Of a DNA stretch of 64,000 nt, positions 26,466 through 39,300 are shown piece after piece. The position numbers and the translations under genes were made by a program. This DNA is from Camelus ferus. Lineage: Eukaryota. The number at the start of each line of letters is the position of its first letter. Position 1 is the stretch's first letter. The notes below the pieces were generated by a model that saw only the letters and a list, made by a program, of their open reading frames with translations, ran no database searches and had not been told where the DNA came from. The DNA is taken from the NCBI RefSeq assembly GCF_009834535.1, contig NC_045696.1, positions 4,714,001 through 4,778,000 on the forward strand, written 5' to 3'.

Positions 26466-29419
26466 GTCTGTTATTTTTAAAATAGTTTGTGTTGAGAAAT
26501 TTAGTGATAAGAGTGGTTTTGTGATGATTACAGGTGTTTGATTGCAAGCTCTGTACTTCATCTCTGCACATTTGATAATGTCATACTCATTTTTGAAAAT
26601 GATTTCAAAAATTACAAGCTTGGTGGGTTTTTGGTTTGTCGGTTTGCTTTTGTTTGTTTGTTTGCTTTTTCTTTTCTTAGGTGCAACACCTTATGTCTTA
26701 AAAGGATGGTAATTCATTATCGTTTGTTTTTTATTTTTATTTTACTTGGTGAGGAAGCATGAATAAAACATTGATCACATTGTATTGACTGCCAAAGTAT
26801 AGAAATCAAATTTTGGAGATCAGAGCTGCAGGGTATATTGCTATTTCTTCATCAGTTATTCCCATGGAAAAAGTGACTTGTTGATAGATTACAGTTCCGT
26901 TGTAAATAATCATTATTTTCATGATCTTTGAAAAACAGCACCTAGAAGTAGAGAGGGCTACACTGGCAGGGCTGTGATGTGCCACATGAAATAACTTGCC
27001 TGAGTCTTCTTTTTTCCATAAAAATATAGTCTTGTGTTCCTAATTATTAAGATGGAAAATTCAGCTCTTGAAAATCAGACTGCAGATAATGATAATTGAT
27101 TGTGATTCCTTTTTCTTCACATAAATGATTTCACTTTCTTTTCTATGAGAATAAAGTTTTTCTTCTTCACCCTTGGTCAAGATAATTTCCTTTATTCTTA
27201 CTCAGTTATTTTTCTTTTTAAACATTTTCCACATGCAGAATAGAACAAATTGAACAGTATGCCTGGAAAAAAATTCTATTTTTTTCTTTTGTCCAGATCA
27301 TGGAAGAAAGACTAGAATATTCATGAGCATTCTATACTGTAATTATGTATATTAAGTTATCATTATTTATTGCTTTACTTATCAGTCATTGTTATCCGTT
27401 TTTTTATGAATCTATAGTAAAACAAAAACAAAAATAGAGTTTTCATGATTTCAAGAAAGATCCTATTGTTCTAAAAATGGCAGTTTCACTGCAGTTTTCC
27501 CCATCACCACTAGCTGAAATTATGGTATCTATCGATGCTTATAAAAACTTTTACCATCCTGGTCCACTGTTCGAGATTAATTACAAGCGTATTCCCCCTA
27601 TTTAAAGATGCTCTGACCAATGTTGATATTAGCCAGATGATACACACAAAGTGATTTTTTCTGAAAATATGACAAAATGTAATGTCATGAGGTTATGTGA
27701 TGCAGTTGAAGGAGGGGGTAGACTTTGAAGTCAGAGGGCCTCTGCCTCTCCCTGGTGTGGTCGCAGGCCCTGCCAAGGTCCTTGGGTGTACACCTGAGGT
27801 GCACAGATCAGGGGTGATGTAAGCCCTCGCCTGACAGCACTACCCAGGGCCCTGCTCACCCTCAGAAGAGAAGGGAAGGGCTTCCGTCAGTGTTTTCTGT
27901 CACTGAGTTCTGAGCAGGAGTCTGCTTGTGAGATTCTCCTTGTGTCAGTTTTGTAGAGTCCCTGCAGTACCTGGAACCCAGGAATCCCATTGACTGGAAG
28001 TCAGTGAAAACAAGGCCATGTGAAGTCGGAGCTGCACGGGCCGCGCTGCACCAGAAGTAGCTCTTTGTACTCGGGAATCAAATGATTGACTGTTGGCAGG
28101 GATTAAAACGAGCTCGCTGAGCGTGGGGGCTTTGATCTTCGCCACATCCACGGAGACAGCTGAAATTTCATGGGAAGGTGACGAGGATTTCCTAAACCAA
28201 ATGCAAATAGATGTTTAACTTTCAATTCCAGCTCATGCCTGAAGGCTTTTCAAGTGCATGAAGAGAAAATCCTGGTTTGTAAATCAGAAAATGTTGATTT
28301 TTACAGACTATTCAGTTGAATGAGCTAAAACTTAAATTGCGGCATCTTAAATGTTTTAAGTTATATAATACAGCTGATGATTCTTACAAGACTTCAGTGG
28401 TAGATATGTGTTAAGTAGAGATGCTGTTATTTGGAGGCCTTACTAGAATTTGGAAAGGACTTACCAAATGACAAGTTTAGTCTTTTGTGCTGAAGACCGT
28501 GTACGTTCTACTCTTTCGGTGATGCAACCAGTTACGAGCTACACATCATCTTTTTTCTTTAATTAACTGATGCTGATAAAATATTGTATAAAACTTGATA
28601 AACATAGAAAATATTTTCCAACATGAATACATACTACAATTAACCTATATTGTGAATGCCTAATTAAAAAAATTAGTGTGTAAATTAGTATTTACGTTAG
28701 AAAATATATGTAGTTATATGAGTTATAGCCTAGGTTTTTGTCATGAAAATTAAGTGCTTTAGGCTCAGACATGACCCTAGTTTTCTACTCAGAAGATGTG
28801 TAGAAAAAACGTAGATGATTTCAAGGTAATTGCTAGCTGAAAGTCTGTGATCTGTGATCTTCCTCATAGCCTCTCCAATGAATCTTTGCTTCATTGATAA
28901 GATTATTACAGGTGTTGTTATTATTAATTTCCTCCCAAAGATTATTCTCTTTTTTGTATGTATGTTGTTATTATCTATTTTTTAAGTAAAATGATTTTAC
29001 AAGATTTTTCTTTTTAATTTTTGGAAAAGGCTGTACCCTTTAACGGACCTTTTGAATCACTCATCTGCTCTTTTAAATTTTTGTGTAACGGAATCAATGC
29101 CTCGTCTTTTTTTAGATGCCACGTAATGTGGTTGCTGCCCCAGATATCATCTTCGCTGCTATTTAGAAACCAGCTTCCTTGTTGTTTAATTTTATGATTT
29201 TATGATTGGAATATGAATTATTCGTTACAGAAATTTGCTTTAGACACAAATTGAGGACTGCAGAGATAATTGAGAGACCATGCTCCTTTCTGCAGTGGTC
29301 AATGGATTGCCACAAAAGTTGGGTTTCAAGCATGGGTCTTTGTCCACACTCTTTCTGCCTTTCTTCCAAATATATACTGCTCTGCCTCCAGGAACATCTC
29401 ACTACACCCCAGGGTGTTG

Positions 29420-29553
29420 TGTGGCTTTCTGCATCACTTGGAATCTGGTCAGAAATGCAGACACTCATGTCCTGCCTCATATCTCCTGAATCAGCATCCA
29501 CACTTTAACAGTCCTCAGGTGATTTTTACACACACTCAGGTTTGAGAAGCTGC
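29420..29553. mobile_element. MER5-family hAT MITE
   Basis: gcatcacttggaatctggtcagaaatgcaga...ctgaatcagcat...ttaacagtcctcaggtgatt...gtttgagaagc. Confidence 0.82.
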
Positions 29554-29879
29554 TCTACAACATCCTTCTCCTTCATCTCAGCCTTGGGCCGGGAGTTTCT
29601 GAATGTCTCTTCCTAGGATGCAGCTGTTGTTTTCCTTAACCGACTTTGCCTCTGGGACATGGAAGAGTCAGAGAGGACCCTCTCCTTTCATCTGTCATTA
29701 CTGATGAGAGGTGTAAGGGGTTATTTTCCCTGGAGCATTAAATGAGGAAAAATAAAACCTCTCTGAAATCATCCTTGTTTCTTGCTATTGTATTGACATG
29801 CTGAAAAAAAGAACATGTAGACATATAAATACTCACAATTTTTTGAATATAAGTCTTTATAAGCATTATTCTTTAACAT

Positions 29880-32160
29880 TTAATAGAATTTCCTCGTGGA
29901 CCTAATGGGTGCCAATACTTCCCATCTCTCAGCACCTTTTTTGTTCTTATACCTACGAATCATCAGAATCACCAAGATGGGTTCCTCACAGTTCCAGGTT
30001 CACAGTGCCCACCTCCAGAGCTTCCCTTAGACCACAGGCCCCAGACATTGGTACCTGTGAAAATCTCAATGGTTTCTGGCAATGTGGCATGTTTGGGTCC
30101 TGTTAACCCGACTTTGCAGAGTCCTGTCTCTTCTTTGAGTGATGGGGATGGAATGAGAACTAATGATGCTGATGGATAAAAAAGCACTTCACCAACTGCC
30201 CAGGGTTCCTCATGTCACCATGGGTACCCTTTGCTTTCTCCTTCCATTCTGCACCTCTTGCTAATTTCACAGATCCATGCTTTTCCCAGCACCTCCTTCC
30301 CCTCTGCCATCACTTCTGAGATGGGAGTTGATTTCGGTCCTTGTCATTGTAACATTCTAGCTTCGTGTCTAGAGCTAAATCCAGATTGCCTTTCATTTTA
30401 CAGACAGATTTGCAAAATATATGTCATCTGTTTACTCTCCAGGCCTGACCCAGTGACCTCTACCACCAGGTAACTCACCTCTAGGGCTTTGAGCTGGAGC
30501 TACTGGTGCCTCAGTTGAGCTCTGCCCAAACCCCCATATAACATCAAGGAAAGGAACCCACAAGGGGGTTCATGGGACAATTATGGAATTTCCTGTTCTC
30601 CTTTTTAAAACAAATTTCAACATGACACACATGAGCAGAGCAGATCAGTTGTGGGTCTTTCTCTGACTGACATGGAATTGTTTTTCCCTTCAGTTTACAT
30701 GAGGCATAATTCCATCCACACCAGCAATTTTGCCTCATTCCTTAATGCGTAGTAATCTTGCCTTTCAAAACCTAGAAACTCTCTCATCACTAAATTTTAC
30801 TCACTTTGATCATTTACGGTCCTTTTTTGCCAAGTTCAGAAAGAAGCCTGATGGTTAAGTTCTGAGATGCCACACACCCAGTTTGAACGTGAGTCCACAC
30901 GCTCGATGACTTGACCTTGCTGACATGAGACCCCGACATTTGTGCACTGGTCTGTCAGTTCCAGGCCACTTGGGCCTACAAACATACTCAGGAATGGAAC
31001 AGAGGTGGAGCTATGAGATGATAACAGTGGGGATTTTGTTTTGTTTTGTTTTGTTTTTTTAAGTTGGTGGTTTTCCTTCACAAATGGAATGACTTTCTTC
31101 TGTGTAAAGAAGGCTTTTGCTCCATCATTGGCCATGTTCATGGGCTACACAACATCACACTAAGTAAGAAGATGGAGATCAAGTCAGCCAACGTTTCTGA
31201 AATTTAGCTCCATCATCTGGAACACACAGATGATGGAGAATACAACCAGAATATTCTAGATCCTGCCTTCTATGCCCTATACGAGAACCCATTCTTTATA
31301 CAGGCACACGAACACAGTTCTTCAACATTCTCCTGAGTTTATCCAATTATTCTGTTGGTTTCACTGAATCAAAGAAAAGAATCAAGGAATTTCCCTTAGA
31401 GCTAGTTGGCCAACCAAAAGGAAGTTCACATTAAAAATAAAACACAAGATATTCTCTCCCTCTTTGCACTTTTCTATTTTCTCCTGCCTTTTTTCTCTAG
31501 TTGGTCTGAGGACCATCAGAGATGCAGTGATGTTGGGAGTAGACCACTGGGGACAGCTGAGGCAGGTACAGGGGCATAGTGGAAGAAAGGAGGGCAGAGG
31601 AAGTACATATTTCCTTCACTGGTCATGCCCAGAAACATATTTGTGTCTGAGGGTTTATTTGTGGCCGTTAGTCCTGAAAGTTGATACGCCACAAATACGA
31701 GTTGAATGACCAAGCATTAAATCAATGGAAATCAAACCCAGCCTGGAATTGTTGATATAATCTGTTCTCAACCTGGAAACTAGCAAGTGCTTTGGATGGT
31801 ACAGTGTGTGCTTGCCCCAGATAGCCTTTTGTCTTGCCAGCCAGACCCATTACATGCCATGCCCTTCCATTTATAAAGTGGGTCTCTTGGAAAATGCAGT
31901 ACTGATTTTGGAGGCATCCTTTTACGATTCCATCCTGTACTTTTCTGAACTCTTACATGGGTTTTCTTCAATCGTTCATACATAATCTGTTGTCTTGGTC
32001 TTTTTTTATTGCTTTCTAAAAATTTGTGTAAAATTCATAGTCTGTCCCATTGCTCAGATATCAGTGTGCAGTCTATATGAAGGTTATCCCTCTGTTTACT
32101 TAAGGACTATCATTCTGTGTCATACCTCTTCTTCCATCTGGTCCAGGGTTCTGCTCACTT
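29880..32160 (-). pseudogene. Candidate endogenous parvoviral element: heavily decayed protoparvovirus-like VP1/VP2 capsid gene
   Basis: Colinear minus-strand motifs, window versus recalled carnivore protoparvovirus VP1: QNPGPD/KYLGPG, YLSNGTDYEFY/YLRSGKNPYLY, NITASLMV/DLTASLMV, LKNCVRVPV*RMG/IENSVPVHLLRTG, CQQGQ/RQHGQ, NPGQLVK/CPGQLFVK, *GKL/KGKL, TWN/TWN, TRKFY*/PRKLY*. Span is about that of VP1. Not verified by a search. Confidence 0.55.
31034..31060 (+). repeat. (GTTTT)n / T-rich microsatellite
   Basis: ttttgttttgttttgttttgttttttt. Confidence 0.9.
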
Positions 32161-33464
32161 ACGTGTTCTTCCAAATCTAGAGCACTTTGTTTTAAACACC
32201 CACATTTTGCTTTTAGGTAGGCAATGTTTACAATACCATCTCAGCTTCTAGTAAGTATTTATGAGTAAGGTTTTCTGTTACCTGACCAGAGTTTCATTTT
32301 CTCTAGACCTTATCTTTATGTGCAGGGGATATGTACAGATTCCCAATGGCTGGAAATCCCTGAAACATTTATTATGTGTGTCCATATCCATCTCTCCACG
32401 TTGCTCTCTCTCCTCCTCTGCCTAATGGTGCATTTTAAGAACACTTTCTGGGTGTCGCTACCAAGGACATATTTACTACATGATGTTTAGGACGTATAAC
32501 CCGGTAATATTTTAATTTTGCTCCTTCTTGCTGAGAATATTATCTTGATTTCTGAATCTGGAGTGTGTGTGCTTGAGAGTATGTGTTTCTTTGTATGTTT
32601 TATACCATTTTGGCACACATACAAAATGCCCCCAAACTGAAAGTGAACACATTTGATATAGGTGTTTTTTGATGTGTGCATTTTGAATAACATTCTCATT
32701 ATTTAAACACGATTGTACAAGCTGGTTCACCCCTGCTCACTGACATTTGACGTAAAGATTTGAATTTAGGCATGAACGCAGCCGTTGGGGAGTATGCACA
32801 TCAGAACTGATGTATGAATGCGTTACTTTGTGGGATTTTATTATATATAGTCTCCAGGACCATCTAGCCAATCCAAGGAGGGCTTAATCAGGCCCCATTA
32901 AAAGCTGGACTTAGGGCCATAATCCTAAACCACAGAATGACATTTATCTAAAGTAATTGTCTTGTGACTCCAGCACACTTCAGAAGTATTTGCTAATCTC
33001 ACAAGCATACGGGATCAGGGAATTAAAAATAAGAAGCAGATCAGATAAATGTGATTCTGGAAGTGAAAATATGTTTGAGTTACTTGTTTATATATTTTAA
33101 AAGGAAAAATTTTAAGAAATAAATTTTATTAATACGAAGGCGTCATTGTTAGGCTTTAAAAGAGGATGAGACTAAGTCAGTATTAGCTATGAATTGCCGA
33201 TTTGAATACCTTTCCATCTGTTTCATGTTGAGACATATGTATTCAGATTCTAGTGTACCCTGGAAGGCTTCAGTGCCACAGTGGGAAAATACCCCGTGCC
33301 AGAGAAAACTAGAAAGTCACATTTTGGAAAGAGGGAAGGAAAGCTTATCTGCTAACCTGACACTTCCTTGTATTTCTCATCCTAACCCAGCTCCCCTACA
33401 CTCACATCTGGGAGAAACTGAAGGTTGCTGCAGTTTGGGGATTATATGTTTTGAACTGAGACAA

Positions 33465-33640
33465 ACCTGAATTTGAGACATGGCTTCCCCCCCCCCCCCT
33501 AACTAGCTGGGTGAGTGTAGGTGTGCTGTTTCACACACCGGGCCTCTTTGTTTCCTTACCTGTGGAACAGGGATGATGTCCTTACCCCATCACTGTTAAA
33601 GATGCAAACAGGTACTGTGTGGACACTTCTGGATCAGAGC
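33465..33640 (+). mobile_element. MIR SINE
   Basis: aacctgaatttgag...actagctgggtga...gggcctctttgtttccttacctgtggaacagggatgat. Confidence 0.7.
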
Positions 33641-33889
33641 TTGACCCAAAGCCCCATAACTCAGAACGGCCATGGGGCAGTAGCCATGCCCAACACTGGC
33701 ACAAGGAGGCCTCTGGGTGTTAAGAGGAACACTAGACTTCTGGCCACACGCTGAGGCTGCAGGGCAACCGCTGAACTTTGAGAGAGGACCGCCATATTAC
33801 CTTCTTCATTTAAAGGATTCTCTTGTGATTTAAAAGACCTGTTTTAAGCCATAGTAGTGTCTCCTTCCTCATTCCCATTTATTACCTGT

Positions 33890-36375
33890 GCTTGAGATTT
33901 TCTTCTATAGTATTAGTCTTTTTAAAAATGTAACTTTTGTTTCATTTTAATTTCTTATTTTGTATTTTATGTCTTCCTTCTGATTTTGAATTGGCTTCGT
34001 TCTTCTATTTTACGGAATTGAGTTTTTGAGTGATTTGTTTCCAGTCTTTTTCTTTTTAAAAAGGAAATGCATTTCCCTGTGCAGCACAGGGAACTATATT
34101 CAATTTCTTGAATAACATATAATGGAAAAGAATCTGAAAAGAAAATATATATGTGTATGTATATTATAACTGAATCACTTTGCTGTACACCTGAAACTAA
34201 CATTATAATCAACCACACTTTAATAAAAACTTTTTTAAAAGGAAATGCATTTCAAGCTATAAATTTCCAACAAGGCACTATAGCTATACTTCACAAGATA
34301 CTTTTAAAAATACACTGTTGTTTATTTGTAGTAGACCATTTAAGCACATTTATATTTCTTTGAATTTCTGGTATATTTGGTATTTTCCATTTATCAGTGT
34401 TGTTGATTCTCCTGCTCCCCTACCAAACTTTCCTGCTGTCTGTTAGATTGCTAGGTCGGATTCTCTTTATTTCCTCTGTTGGTGTGGAAGCTACAAAATT
34501 CTATTTCTATTCTTTGTTACTAACCCAATGACTTTGACATGTATCCTTCACACACAAAGCTAGTGATCTTGTCTACCCTTCTCCTGAACTTAACTTCTTT
34601 AATTCTGATCTCTTTATCCTACTTTCTATGTTGTTTTGTTTAGAATTTTAATTTTTGTAACATCCCTATCAGTATTTTTTAAAGTTAATATTTATTTGGG
34701 TTTACCATCGTATTCACAGAGTTCTTTTCTTATGTTTGCTTCTGCTAAGATGGTCTGAATAGTTAAAATCTGTAAGCCATGGACTGTAACCAATCCAGAC
34801 AGAGTCCTGACCAGTCAGAATGGGCGTGGCCGGGTATGCTGACCACACTGGCTAAGGGTCCACCGGATACTGCAGGACTACTTCCTGATGAAGTATAGTG
34901 TTCAATAGTTTCTTCAGTAAGAGTCTAGGAGTAGTAAGTTCTCTCATTCTTTTCATGTCTTAAAAGATCTCTGTCATGCTTCATTTTTGACTGATAACAT
35001 AGCTGGGTATAGAATTCTATATTGACATTTCCTTTCCTTAGAATTTTGGTGGTATCTTCTTATGATTTTCTCACTTATATTATTGCTAATGAGCAGTCTG
35101 CTGTCAATTTATTTGTCCTTACTTTGCTAGTAATCTTTTCTCTCCAATAGGTTTTAATGATGTTTTCTTTCTCAATGATGATCTATAGTTTCATCTGGTT
35201 AAAATATCCATTTTTATTTGTTTGTTTATTTGTTTTAATTCTGCTTGGCTTGTAATATTTCTGGAATCTGAAGATTCATGCCATTTATCAATTCTGGAAA
35301 TTCCTTCAGCTTTAATCTCTTCAAATATTGTCTGTCTCATTGTCTTCTTCCAGGGTCCCTATTAAAAATGCTTTGGAATTTGTTATTCTTTTCTCTGTTT
35401 CTCCTAACTTCTCTTCCACGGTGTCTGACTCTACTCTGTTGCACTCTGGTGATTCATCATATCAGCATTTTTCTTCACTCTTCCTATTTCTTCTGTGTCT
35501 AGTCTGAAGTTTGTTACATTTTTTGTTTGTTTGAGGTCAGTTTCAGGGGATTCTGGCACTCTGCTCTCATTTTACAGCCCATGATGGTCTTTGGTCTATG
35601 TGAGATTCTTTCCCCTTTTGTTCTGTTTATTTCCTTTTATTCCTATTGTCCACTCCCTCTAGGATCCCCCCCATTTGAAGTGTGCTAGTGTGTTGAATGC
35701 ATTTTTGTATATATTTTTGTATTGTTGGTTGTGCAAATGTTGGTTTTAATTTACATTTGCATAATCAAATGGTGTAAAACATCTTTCAATTTTCATGAGC
35801 ACTGTGTGTTTGGAATTCTTCCACATTGCTGTGTGTAAATTAAATCTTCAAGATCCCACCACCACAAATATTACTACAATTAATATCCTTGTATTTGTCC
35901 CTTTCTGGACCCATGTTAGAGTTTCTTTCTCTAAATAGAAGATGATTTGACTAAATATTACCAGACTGTTCAGCACCATGACTGCATTAGCCTGCACTCT
36001 TTTTTTGCATGAGGATTCTCGTATTTGTATATTTTTGCTAGCACTGGGAAATATCTGGTTTTCTAATTTTTGATAGATGAAAAGCTCAAATTTTTGATAA
36101 ATGAATATCTAATTATTTTAATTATTATTTTTATAATAACTAAAAATTTTTAGGATTTATTTATATTTATTTGAACCTTATGGGTTTTCTCTTCTAAAAA
36201 TTGATGATTTATAGCCTTTGTTATGTTACATTGATGTTTCCATCTGTTTCTTTTGATTTTCAGGAGTTTTATGTATATTCTATGAAGTTTTTTGATTTTG
36301 TACATTAAAATATCTTCTCCTATCCTGTTACTATTTTAACTTTCTCCATGGTCTCCTGCATTAAACTGAAGTCCT
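33890..36375 (-). mobile_element. Highly decayed L1ME/HAL1 fragments
   Basis: T-rich strand bias; gctgggtatagaattct...gagcagtctgctgtcaat...aattctggaaattc (antisense ORF1-like); L1ME 3' region from about 35600. Confidence 0.65.
34076..34236 (+). mobile_element. Short L1 3' end with TSD
   Basis: cacagggaactatattcaa...actgaatcactttgctgtacacctgaaactaac; 17-bp TSD aaaaggaaatgcatttc at 34059-34075 and 34237-34253. Confidence 0.93.
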
Positions 36376-36384
36376 TAGTTTTTC

Positions 36385-39300
36385 TTATTTATTTTTTTGG
36401 GTTATAATTATATACAATAAAATGCACTGATGACAATTTTCCAACTTAATGTGTTTTGCCATTTAAATACACTCATGTTAACACCACCCAAAACAAGATG
36501 TAGAATGTTTCAAATCACCACAGAAAGTTCCCTTGTTCCTATTACCAGTCACACCTCACTTGTCAAACCGCTTTTTATTTCTGTCAACACAAAGTAATTT
36601 TACCTATTTCTGGGCTTCATATAAATAGAATTAAGCTGTATCCTTCTTTGGTAACTAGCTTCCTTTTCTCAGTATAATACTTATGAAATTCACACATGTT
36701 GTTACCAGCTTTAGAAGTTTGTTCTTTTCTTAAAAAGAAAGAAAAAAACTCCCATTCTCCTGATGCCAGACTTTTAGGCTTTTTCCAGTCTTTGACTAAT
36801 ATGAGAAAGATTGCTATGAATATTTTTGTGGACATATGGTAGTATTTCTCTTGGGTAAATACTAGGTGTGGATTACGTGTTTAATTTTGTAAGAAACTTC
36901 AAAAAGGTACCACTTAAACTCTTCCAAAATTGTGTGATAGTTCTTACTGCTCCACATTGTCACCAACTTTTATGACACTATTTATAACTTAACCATTCCA
37001 GTGTGTATGAAATGGTATTTTATTATGGTTTTATTTTGCATATACATAATTACTAGTGATGCTGTTGCATGCACTTATTGGCTATAGTACATCTTCTTCT
37101 GTGAAGTAACTGTTCATGTATTTTACCTAATTTGTATTGGGCTGTTTGTCTTACTACTAAGTTGTAAGAGTTCTTTATATTTTTTGGAGATGAATCAGTT
37201 GTCAGGTATAATATTTTGTTTCCTGTTTGTAGCCTGCCTCACTATGTATTTGAGGTGAGAGTGGGTCAGATGACCTGACCATGTATTTTATTAATGGTGC
37301 TTTTCAGTTAGCAAATTTTAAAAAATTGATGAACTCTAACTCTTTGATTTCTTTTTTCTTTTTTATGATTAGTGCCTTTTGTCTGTCTAACAAAAATATT
37401 TGCTTATCTTAAGGATTGTAAACATATTCCTCTATGTTTTGCATCAGAAATATATGGTTACAGCTTTTACATTTAAGTCTTAATGATCCATTTTTAATTA
37501 ATTTTTACATAAAAAGTAAGGTAGGATTCAAGGTTCATTTTCCTCCATCTGTTTATCTGATTGTTACTGAATTATCTGTGAAAAAGACTTTCCTCCTCCT
37601 CACCCATTTAATCAACTTTGCATCTTAGTTAAAAAAATAATAATCATATGTGTGTGGATCTTTATTCTGTTTCATGGATTTATTTGTCTATACTCGTCAA
37701 CTCCACACTGTTTTAATTATGTGTGGTTGGTCTAAACATCAAATCATGGAACTTTTTTTTTTTGGAGTGGTTTGGCCTATCCTGTCTTGATTACTAAAGC
37801 TTTATTGCAGTATTAAAAATCAGGTACTATAAGTGATTTTCTTTTTTGAGGTTGCTTTGACTTTTTGATTTTATTTTCTTGCTGTATTGCACTAGCTAGG
37901 ACTTCTAGTACAATGTTGGATTAGAATGTGAATAAAAGTGATGTGTGAACAACTTTGTCTTGTTCCCAATCATAAGGAGAAAATGTTTAATAATTCAGTA
38001 TTAGATATAAAATTATTTACATGTTTTCTATAAATGCCCCTTATCACATTATGGAAGTTTCCTCCTATTCTAAGTTTTCTGAGAGTTTTATGGGGTTCAT
38101 TTTGTCAATTTTTTTTCTGTGTATATTGAGATAATTATATAAATTTTTTCTTTTATTCTGTTGATATGAATTATTTTGATTAATTTTTTGATTCCTAAAC
38201 TGTTTTTGTATTTCTGGGATAAACTCTACTTGGTCATGATGTATTATTATTTTTATGTTTATGGCATTCAATTGCTAATATTTTAATGATTTTTGTCTAT
38301 ATGTTCATGATGTATATTGTTTACTATTTTTATCTTATAATATCTTTGTCAGCTTTTAATAGCAGACAGAAATAGCCTCAGAAAATTATTTGGGAAATAA
38401 TCCTCCTGTCTTTATTTTCTAAAATAAATTTGTGAAGATTGGTATCTGATATTCTTCCTCAAATTTGACATCTGGATTGCAGGTTTTTTTTTTTTTTTTT
38501 CTTTTTTGTTTTGTTTTCATGGGAAGACGTCTGATGATAAGTAATTTATTTAATGGATGTTGGGCTATTTAGATTTTCTTTCTTCTTGTGTCAGTTGTGG
38601 TAAGATGTGATTTTCAAGGAATTTGTCCATTTTATGTAAGTGGTCATAATTATTGGCATAAAATTGTTTAGAATATTCTCTGATTACTTTTTAAATACCT
38701 GTAGGATATGGAGAGATGTTGCATCCTTCATTCCTAATATGGGTAATTTTCTCTCTCTCTTTTTTTTCCCTTTGGACAGTTTTGCTAGAGTCTTATCAAT
38801 TTTATTAATCTTTTTAGAAAACTAACTTTTCAGATTGTTGATTTACTGAACTTTTTATCTGTTTTTAGTTTATTAATTTCTCTATAGTTTTGGTTGTTTC
38901 CTTTATTCTATTTTAGCTTGTTAAGATAGAAGCCTAGATTTTTAATTTTATACCTTTTTTTTTCTTTTTGAACAGTTAAAGCTATAAACTGCCCTATAAG
39001 AACCTCTTTCTCTGTATTCCACACATTTTGATATATTGTATTTTCATTGTCATTCAATCCAGAATATTTTCTGTTTTCCCTCATGGATTCTGCAGGCCAT
39101 CACCTGTTTAGCAATACATTGTTTAATTTCCAACTAATTGAGTATTTTTAAAGCTATTCTATTACTATCATTTCAATTTTAATTTTGTTTTCAGAGAACA
39201 TAGCTTCAATGACTATTCTTTGAATATTTTGAGGATTTTTTTAATGTCAAAGAATATGATTTTTCTTTCTTAATATTTCATGTGCTCTTGTTAAGAATCT

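Noticed and set aside
30030..31130. Plus-strand resemblances to bornavirus G (PDIG..WQC) and to a TGF-beta prodomain (QLWVFL, GTEVEL*DDN)
   Set aside because: Isolated short matches with no continuation and no cysteine-knot pattern.
31780..31983. piggyBac transposase-like words (NRKRMP, WQDKR) in a minus-strand ORF
   Set aside because: No catalytic D motifs or TTAA-bounded TIRs seen; the parvoviral reading explains many more colinear motifs.
32217..32250. Plus-strand micro-exon candidate (ttttgcttttag|...CTA|gtaagtat)
   Set aside because: 34 nt, unrecognised peptide and no supporting neighbouring exons.
32500..32945. Possible parvoviral NS1 helicase remnant upstream of the capsid-like block (minus strand NVILWF..YGPKSS near 32918; VNQLVQSC at 32730)
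   Set aside because: The Walker A GK is absent, spacing is off by about 30 nt and no Walker B is visible. Too weak to call, but worth including in the same frameshift-aware search.
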